Assembly: GCA_963693365.1 (NCBI GenBank)
Contig: CAVNZM010000009.1
Coordinates: 2,296,231-2,360,230, forward strand
Reading direction: 5' to 3'
From: Amoebidium appalachense
Taxonomy: Eukaryota > Protista > Ichthyosporea
Length of the DNA: 64,000 nt
Made by a program: the position numbers and the translations under genes. Shown here one piece after another: positions 37,737 to 64,000 of this stretch. A model generated the notes under the pieces. That model ran no database searches. It was not told the origin of the DNA and worked only from the letters and a program-made list of their open reading frames with translations. Numbering within the stretch: the stretch's first letter is position 1; each line of letters starts with the position of its first letter.

Positions 37737-38095
37737 GCGATGGAGTTTTGAATAGTGACTAGTTGGTGCACCCTTTGCATTTTGTGTTTCAAGGGGGCTT
37801 CTTATTATTCCCGGCATATGCAGCAGCTTACTGACGATGCGTTCTTCCCGTTCTTCTTTGCAGGGCGCACCAGGTGGTAGAGGACGGCTACGAGTTCTTT
37901 GCAAAGCGCAAGCTGGTGACCCTCTTCTCAGCCCCAAACTACTGCGGGGAGTTTGACAATGCAGGTGCACTGATGTCGGTTGACGAGAGCCTCATGTGCT
38001 CGTTCCAAATACTCAAGCCTTCGGAAAAGAAGACGAAGATAACTACCGGCGTGGCGAGAGATGAGCGGCCCGTACCTCCTCCCCGTGCCAAGTAG
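36184..38095 (+). CDS. PPP1C: Serine/threonine protein phosphatase 1 catalytic subunit (2 exons)
   Basis: Exons 36184-36917 and 37864-38095, joined as DLICR|[12 protein letters not shown]. Motifs GDIHGQ, GDYVDRG, RGNHE, CHGGLSP and [11 protein letters not shown] are intact. Confidence 0.98.
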
Positions 38096-39049
38096 TCATA
38101 GTGGTTTACTTATGAAAGTGTGTTGTGTTGCATATGGAGGCTGAGTCAATGTTGCGAATTTGCAGGAACTGAGATGCTGTGATTCTTTTAGTTTCTCAAA
38201 CCATACGCAGCTATACGAGTATGATTGAGCAAACACCACACCACACACACTTACACACGGGCAAGCGTGCACACGCGCATATACATAAGCGTGCATCCTG
38301 TCATATACACACACACCGATAGAGGGAGAGGGGGGGGGGGGGGGGGATGGGGGGGCGGTGAGGGGGGTGGGGGGAGGGAGGAAGGGGGGACACATACACG
38401 AGCACCCATTGGCAACATTCATGGATATCAAGATAGTTGTGGGGCACCTGTTTAAGATGCAAAACTGTGAGCTCACGTTCAGTACTAACCGAAGTAGTCA
38501 TTTAGAAGATTGTTCTTTTCAACTTGCTGAATAGCTCACAGGCAACCTAATTCTCATCTTCCCATTTTCTCAAGACGTGTCCGGGCTGCTGCACTTGTGC
38601 AAATAAATTATGACGCTTTTTCGGTGGGAGCCTCTGGGAGGTGCCACCCACCCAGCTGTAGCGGCAAGTTCGGAATGAGAATCCGGAGTCCGGATAACAT
38701 GTATGCGAGCATTCGCATGTGTTAGATAGTGGTGTTTGCTGCCTGGCCGTGCATGATGTGTGCCCCATATGAAGACAACTCGACAAGTTATCATAACACA
38801 GAACCGTCGGACTCCGTGCACAAAAGATGACCACTTGTAAAAGAACATGGGAAAGTCATCGCAGATCGATTGTTCGCTTTTGCAGCATCAACACAAGAGG
38901 GAGCTTTACTGGACGAAAACTGGGCTGCAATGAGACGGAACAAAGTTCAACTTCAGGCAGTACTACCCCGGTTGCACGACCACTCGAACAATAGCAGTAA
39001 ATACTAGTTTCGAGTTATTGCAACCTGATCATGTCATGACCACTCATTA

Positions 39050-39260
39050 TTTAAATTCCGGCGCGCGATGTCCGCAGCAATACAAAGTACTAGTGCATAA
39101 CCCCCGAAACGAGGGCCGTGATTCGTGACGAGGACTGAAGCTGCGGGCATTTTGCAGACCTCTTCCGATTGGCAGATTTTATACCCTGCCGAAGCCAATC
39201 ATATGCCGCTCTGCAGGAAAAAGCGCGGGAAAGTTCAAAGTGCTCGCCGCGGCTTGGCCA
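39050..39260 (+). promoter_or_regulatory. Promoter-like region with paired CCAAT boxes, probably the native promoter of the FNDC3-like gene
   Basis: GATTGGC at 39167-39173 and GCCAATC at 39194-39200, with CGCG patches; same layout as the other promoters in the window. Confidence 0.45.
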
Positions 39261-39508
39261 AGAGCAGCATGTTTACTTGACGGACTCCTACCGCACTTGT
39301 CACGTTAAAACGAGAGGTTTTGTGTAATAGAGAATATGAAATATTCATGTATATGTGACCATATCACTCGCTAAGTTCAGAAAACGTGTGTGCCCGATGA
39401 GAAAAGCTCCCGAGTTGAAACCATCATGATCTGACTCATGAGCCACCACCAACGCGCGATTCGCCCATGGCAACCAGTGGCAGGGCTCGCTGTTCACACA
39501 CCAACTTC

Positions 39509-40458
39509 TCCCGGTAGTGGATTTTGCAGGATTTGATTTTTGTGGAGCGAAGAGAAAAACGTTGGTGCTGTGGCTTTTTGGCTGAGTTTTTTGCTTCCCT
39601 CTATGACATGCAGCGCGGCTTCATGCAAAGGCACTCGGTGAAGGGGTTGAGATTGTGCCCCGGCGGGGCCCACATGCTGCAGCAGCCACCGGGGTGGTGC
39701 TGGCTGTGCAGCCGGAGCGCTGGGGGGGCATGAAGGTGGGCAAGAAGCATGCAGTGGTGCGGGTGGATCAGGTGCTGTCGCCGGCCATGCAGGTGCCCTT
39801 TGGCCCCGACAAGGGCAAGACCCTGGGAGAGCTGGGCCCGCCGCCCTTTGAGCTGATGGTGCACCTGCAGTGGCTACGGCCCATTCAGCCCCCACCGGAC
39901 CCAGGTGCCGAGGTGCCGGTGGTCCCTGACCCAGCCCCTCCCCCTGCCAGTCCTCCCCCTGCCGAGCAGCAGCAACCCCTTGCCGGCCCACAGGCACCCC
40001 CCCAGGACCCCCAGGCAGCCCCGGGGGGCCTTGAGGCAGCCCCAGGGGGACCCGAGGCAGCTCCCAGAGAGGGCATGTTGGGCCAGGCACCGCCTGGGGA
40101 GGTGGTGTGGCAGACTGTGCTGAATGACGCCTTCCACTCCATTGCAAACACGGCGGACGGCACGTACAAGTCACACCCCCGCAGGGCTGAGTACGCACGC
40201 GCACTCAGCGAGGCAATATTTGTGTGGAATGAAGAGGATTACGGACATGTGAAGGTGCCCCCCCCCCCTCCCCCCCCCCCAAAATAAAAAATAAAAAATA
40301 AAAATAAAAAAAACGGCAACAACAACATGCGTGACTGACGCGCACACACACATACACTCGTTAGCACACACTCACCATTCCACCCACAACCATGCACACC
40401 TTCGACAAAACTTCTGAGGGAAGAGAGAGAGCCTGAGCCTCAGAGAGAGGGGGGGCAA

Positions 40459-40489
<31 letters not shown>

Positions 40490-41080
40490 GGGGGGGGGGG
40501 GGAGGGGGGGGGAGGAGAGTGGGGGTTATTCATATGCCTAGAGAGAAATAATGTAGGGTTGTGGGGGGAAATAGCCACATGCATTTTTTACTTGTGTTGG
40601 GGGAGAAGATGGGGGGGGTGGAGGGGAGGGGTCCTACAATAACGGCAGGTATCAAAGTCTACCAAACCCAAATTGCAGTGTGCGTAGTAAATTAATATTG
40701 GCATCCTGCCTCACAGGGGGTGCTGGAGCAGAAGGGCATCGACATTGAAACCGAGCTCAAGGGCGGCGACCTGAGCTACTTCATGGAGCGCATCCGGCGG
40801 GTTATTCCCGACCCATACACGCTGGTCTCGCGGCTGGTGGAGTTCAAAAACACCTACAAGGATGTGCCGCCCGGACCGGATGGCAAGCCTCTGTTCAAGA
40901 AGGATGGCTTTGAAAGACTCGAGGCAACATCCCCCCCCCCCCCCCCCCCTCCCCTGCAGGCGCCCAACAACTCCACCACCACAGAAAAGATTCTTCGCTT
41001 ATTTGTCATCCTTGGTTCATCTGCACACACACGCACACCCTAGCCTCCCCCCCCCCCCCCCCCCTCCCCCCCCCAAACAT

Positions 41081-41156
<76 letters not shown>

Positions 41157-41228
41157 CCCGCACGGCCCTTGCTGCCTAGCCAGTTGTTTTTTGCCTTTCC
41201 CTGCTCGTTTTTTTCCTTAGCAACCCCA

Positions 41229-41260
<32 letters not shown>

Positions 41261-43037
41261 ACCCCCCACACACACACACACACACACACATACACACACA
41301 CTACCACCACCACCACCCACCCATCTCTCTGATGTTTGCTTGTGCCCCCACAGTCGCTGCTCGAACACGCCCAAAATGGCTGTCTGTCGGACCCCCCCGG
41401 CCTGCCCCTCTACTACGAGACCACTGCCGACGCAGATGGGCTCATGCGCTACCGCTGCATCCGGGGCACCAACGAGGTGGAGGGGGCAGTGCACAACCCC
41501 CTGGCCACCCACTTTGGGGCCACACGCATGTCGCTGCGCCTGCTGGACGCCACCATGTCCAATAGGCGCCACCGCCACAACCTGCGTGCACACTACCGCA
41601 ACCGCCTGGGCCAGGCATCGGGGCCCCCCCACTACAGCCCCTGGATTGTTGACGACATGGAGGCACTGGCGCTGATGCTGTACGGCCATCACCTCGACCC
41701 CCAGTGGGTACCCGTAGGCTGCTACAAGCTACCGGAGGAGTACTTCAACTTTGCCCCGCTCTCCTGTGTGGCCAATGCCCCGGCGCAGGAGCCAGTTGCG
41801 GTGCCCGCACCCCCACCTCCGTCTGATAACATCGAGCCTGCAGCCAATGGCGTGATGGGCGGGCCAGAGGACTGTGAGGTCGAGGAGGGTGACGGTGCTG
41901 CCATGGGGGGGGGCAACCAGGTGGCGCGTGGTGCACCACAGCCGGACCCTGCACTGAGGGGCGACTACAAGTTCCTGGCGCAGAAGCAACATGTGGCCAT
42001 CCCCTTCCTTCCGGTGCTTACCCCTCAGGAGCGCAAGCTATTCAGCACGCTGCTCCTGGGCACCTACAAGGCACATGCAAAGCCCAACGGCCAGCTGTTC
42101 GAGGCTTTGGCCCAAGACTTCAACAAGGCTGCCTCTGTGGCTGGGGGAATCTACATGAAGGATGCGGCCTACATCAAGAAGCATTTCGACAAGTGGAAGA
42201 CCTGGCAGACGGCACATGCACAGCGCTCCACACACGAGGGCCTGGCAGATCACCGCAAGCGTATGCGCGAGGAGAGGGCAGACGCTGTGCCAGCAACCAT
42301 ACGGCCTGCCCCCTTGCCACCCCTCCCTGTTCCAGACGGTGTCGATGCAGGGGCGCAGCGTGAGCGGCCCTTGCCCATGCTAGTGGGCAAAAAGCATCGC
42401 AACATTGGCCCTGAGGGGCCCCTGCAGATGGATTTGCCGGTGCCCCCTCCTATGCAGCCACCCCAGAGAGCCCCCAAGACCTGCAAGACGTGTGGCCGCC
42501 AGGGCAAGGGCTGCCCCGGCTCCAATCGGGCCAAGAGCTGCCCACGTTGGGTTGCAGCCAATCAGGATGCCATGCCACCAGCACCCGCGCTTGACATGCA
42601 GCAGGGCCATGTGCCGCACATGCCCCCTGCACCCCATCCAGGCCCGCACCACCCACATGGCTGGCCCCCACCGTGGGGCATCATGCCGCCTCAGCCCGGC
42701 CCTGCCTTCCCCATGCCTGGGCTACTGCCGCAGCACGGTCCCCATCCTTACTTGGGCCATGTGGGCCAGCCCTCGGCTGGTGGGCAGTTCCCACCCCCTT
42801 CTCGTGCATCTGCTGTGCTGGGCCTGGCGTTGCCACCTGCTGGAGAGACGCAGCTGCAATGGCACGATCGAAAGCAAAGTAATCGTGGCCGCAAGTCTGC
42901 AGGCAGCCAATCAGGATCTCAGAGTAGTCAGAGTAGCCAAACTAGTGTCTAATATTGGAATGTACACCAATGTAACGGATCTCATATGTGTTGTAGTGCT
43001 TCAAGTTATACCTGTTCTTCGTACAGTCATGTTAGGG

Positions 43038-43069
<32 letters not shown>

Positions 43070-43396
43070 GCTAGCTTTCATTCCGAAGTTTACTGTAAAG
43101 AATTAAAATTTAGAATCTGAGTAATAGTACAGAGCCTTTGCACTTTTCTCTGTTTGTTAGGAATTCTTTGTGATCGAGAGTATGGTGTGTTAGACTATTG
43201 GTGTTAATGTGTCCTGGAAGGTGTATAATGTCTGCTGGCCGTAGTCAGTATCTATTTTTAGGTATATAGTATATTTTTAAATGTTGGCCGCTGGCCAATA
43301 AATAGCAAATAATAAACACACGATAAAGTCAACAGCGTGCCAAAAAACTAATCCCCAGCGAGCGCACCCAGTGATGTGTGTGTGTGTGTGTGTGTC

Positions 43397-43466
<70 letters not shown>

Positions 43467-44778
43467 CGCGCGTGCGTGCGTGTGTGTGTGTGTGTGCGTG
43501 CGTGCGTGCGTGTGTGCGTGTGTGCGTGTGTGCGTGTGTGCGTGTGTGTGTGTGAGTGTGTGTGTGTGTGTGTGTATGTGTGGTGTGGTGTGTGCGCGGC
43601 TTGTACATATGTACGTGTTCATGTGCACCTGTGTCGGACCTACGAAGTACATGAAAGTAAATTTTGACAGCATCGATCTGCCGGTGTGTATGTGTATGTG
43701 TGCCAGTGCAGCAGGTGTGCCTTGTAACTGATAGCTTCGCATTTTACGTGTGTGTATATATAGTAGTACGCATAGACACTTGCTGATCATTCGGATCGAC
43801 ATTAATATTTAATCTGTCGGTCCTCGGTTTTTTGAGTGAATGATGATCAAGTGTAAGAGCATTCACTTGGCAAGTATTAATGTTGCAGAGGCTAGCTGCA
43901 GCTGCAAGCGTCGGATGCACACTGACAATTGTCTTTTCAGCGAGTCTAACCTGCAGGCAGCAGCTGCACACATATAGGGTTGTTATCTTGCGGCACATGC
44001 ACGGTGATCATTTCAGAGTAATAGAGTTCAGAGCAATGAAAATAATGAAAATAACTAAACTTTGTGACTACTTTAAAGTTGCTGAGATCATACGTGGTGC
44101 AAGCTGCACTATGAACACATGTATAGTGCTAGTAATTAATACATTTTTGTTGCCTTCTGCAGGGTTATCGTAGCTACGTCACGGCCTGCACTCAGGGGGG
44201 GGAGGGGGGGGGGGAGAGGGGGGATGATTCGAAGGGGGTATAAATAAGAACATGCACCTAAAGGTCTTTCCCGTGGATCCTCCCCCCTCCCCCCCCACCT
44301 CTCCCTCCCCCGGGGCCCCATACTATGATATCTAGGCCCAATATTATATGCCCCCTTCCCCCCCCCCCCCCCCTCCCCTCTCCGGATCCCCGGACCCCAC
44401 TTCCCTACCCGGAGGCTCAAGAGCTCCCCCCTTCCCCTTCCCCCCCCCTCCCCCCCCCCCCAAGGCTTACGGGGGCCCTTCTTCATCGAGGGGGAGGGGG
44501 TGGGGGTGGGGGGGGTGGGGGGGAGGGGGTGGGGGGGGAGGGGGGAAGTGGAAGGCGGGGGTGGATGCATGTCAGCCTAGGTGAATTCAATTGTTTAACT
44601 CCAGTGTGCAGGACTGGTCTGAAGGCTTAAGAAAACAACGAGGAAATGGGGTCCAGTGGAGGTGGTGGTGGTGTTCTGTGTGTGTGTGTACACGTGCACG
44701 TATGTGTGTGGTTTTTTTAAGGGGTGAGTGGTGGTGGTGGTGGTGGTGGTGGTCACCGTGGTGGTGGTGTGTGTGTCT

Positions 44779-44843
<65 letters not shown>

Positions 44844-45718
44844 TAGAAAGAAAAACTGCTCGTGGGTCACTGTTTTTCGTCACTGTATTTGTAACGGGCC
44901 GCTCATATTTATATAACTACTTTAATTTAAGTACACGTGTTCATTATCATATACGATGGCCAAATATAGAAATTTTGGCGTCGAAGTTCTTGGAGCTAAA
45001 AAAACGTTTAAAAGGGGGAAATAATAGCTTGGCCCCAAATTTACCTTGCCGTTTTTAGCGAATGTATTTTTTATTCATGAGTTCTAGTGATTCAGTGAGT
45101 GCACGTGCCTGCCTCAGGCTGATCATGACAACTGCAACACACCATTCCTACATGGATATCAACCAAAAGAAAATAGTATATACTGTGGTGGTCTCCTAAA
45201 CCTTGTGCGGCATGCGCATACATGATATTACAGTGACGCATGTGCATATTATTGTTCTGTACACCGGAGTGTGCCGGTGCACGTGGCTGTTTTGTGCACA
45301 TGTTACAATAGCAGCACGATCTCCCTAAACTCCATGTTTACACATCCCTCACCCTGGCTCTGCCTTGTCGGTGCTCCAAAACACACATACAAATCCCCCT
45401 AGACTCAGTGCCTGCACATGGTCGCATTCACGTGCAGGTCACGTGACACATGCGATGCCATACTGCCGTCTACAGCAACAACCACGGCAGCATGTATACC
45501 GGCCCAGCACGAAATATACTTATCGGCAGCCCACTGAACTCGCCCATTTTCTCTTTTTCATGTATGTCCCTCCTTTTTTGTAAAATCACCCTTTTTGGCC
45601 TCCCGGTAGTGGATTTTGCAGGATTTGACTTCTTTGAGGTCCAAAAACCTCAAATTTTCCCCGGCGGGGCCGGGGAGGGAGAATTCAAAAATTGCCCGCT
45701 CCTGATATGGTACCCGGG
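39509..45718 (+). mobile_element. DNA transposon (6.2 kb), internally deleted or 5'-truncated derivative
   Basis: 8-bp TSD CCAACTTC at 39501-39508 and 45719-45726. Termini TCCCGGTA...TACCCGGG are a 6/8 inverted match. The 28-bp left-end sequence is repeated directly at 45601-45628. The element contains GC-rich transposase exons. Confidence 0.75.
39614..42952 (+). CDS. C-terminal part of a spliced DDE-type transposase (DxxH ... RGTNxxEGxxH, helical domain, C4 zinc knuckle); N-terminus missing
   Basis: Exons of about 39614-40254, 40717-40923 (GC donor) and 41354-42952 read through: VLNDAFHSI...EYARALSEAIFVW...ERIRRVIPDP...KPLF...GCLSDPPGLPLYY...GLMRYRCIRGTNEVEGAVH...HYSPW...FLPVLTPQERKLF...IYMKD...TCKTCGRQGKGCPGSNRAKSC. 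From memory this resembles fungal/animal DUF6729-associated transposase-like proteins. Confidence 0.75.
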
Positions 45719-45927
45719 CCAACTTCAGCGCTAGTTGGGCGCAACAGCTGTTACTCAAGCTAATTAGGCCAGGTGGAGAAATGAATCGTTCTTATAGCTT
45801 CCTATTTTGTATTAGGCAGCTTTATAGTAGTGGTGCCTGTTCACGAAAGAACGTTGGAAAATCACCATATTGATAATTCACCAGTTGAGATAAGTAGGAA
45901 TAAGCTAGACAGCAGTACTGGACGAAA

Positions 45928-63504
<17,577 letters not shown>

Positions 63505-63536
63505 GTAAGGAAAAGAACGGGAAAGGTGGTGGTGGT

Positions 63537-63580
<44 letters not shown>

Positions 63581-64000
63581 GGGGGGGGGGGGAGAAAGGT
63601 GGATATCAAAAATGTTTGGCACGTTGATAGTATTGGGTGGGGTGGTAAGTGGGGTACGGCCCCGTGAGGGAGGGGGGGGGGGGGGAAGAGGGGGGACCGG
63701 AGAAGAAGTGGGAGGGGGGAGTGGAGGGGGGGGGAGGGGGGGGGGAGGGAGGAGGGGGAGTGTAGGGGGGAGAGATGGGGGATGTGAAGAGGCGTGCTTG
63801 GCTTTCTTTCGAGTCTCGAACTCTGATGTAATTGATCTTCCATCCCCTCTCCCCCCCCCCCCTTTATCTCGACTTGGTTTTTTAAATCATTTCCACCCCC
63901 CAATTCCTGTGCCTGTGTGCCTCTGCCATCCCCTATTCACACTTTACATTGACTTTCTTCTTTTTCACACACACGTGTAGACACACACGAAACTATACAC

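Noticed and set aside
43330-45600. Possible second gene inside the transposon
   Set aside because: It has intron-like tracts and some splice-like sites, but I could not build a consistent exon chain or recognise a domain.

Overview
Intron-rich eukaryotic genomic DNA. Gene content (RASA1-like PH-C2-RasGAP, RGS, FNDC3-like) suggests a holozoan, possibly a unicellular one; the organism is an inference. Introns are filled with poly(C)/poly(G) runs and (CA)n/(GT)n/(CT)n microsatellites, so almost every ORF in the supplied track is an artefact. By reading splice sites manually I could build five phase-consistent host genes: (1) a minus-strand F-BAR-PH-C2-RasGAP gene (27 exons, runs off the left edge); (2) a divergently transcribed, low-complexity hypothetical gene; (3) an RGS-RGS-coiled-coil gene; (4) a two-exon, somewhat divergent PP1 catalytic subunit; (5) an FNDC3-like FN3-repeat gene with a Cdc37-like N-terminal motif (22 exons, runs off the right edge). 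Mobile DNA comprises a decayed LINE, a 194-bp SINE-like insert with a 16-bp TSD, and a 6.2-kb DNA transposon. The transposon has an 8-bp TSD, a direct copy of its left end near its right end, and a spliced, N-terminally truncated DxxH/RGTNxxE-type transposase; it sits between a CCAAT promoter and the FNDC3-like ATG. The best candidates for undescribed biology are this transposon, a ~105-nt intronic repeat that is anchored on poly(C) and lies sense to the host gene, weak 5' splice sites coupled to C-runs, and the F-BAR-RasGAP fusion. All family assignments come from remembered motifs, not database searches.
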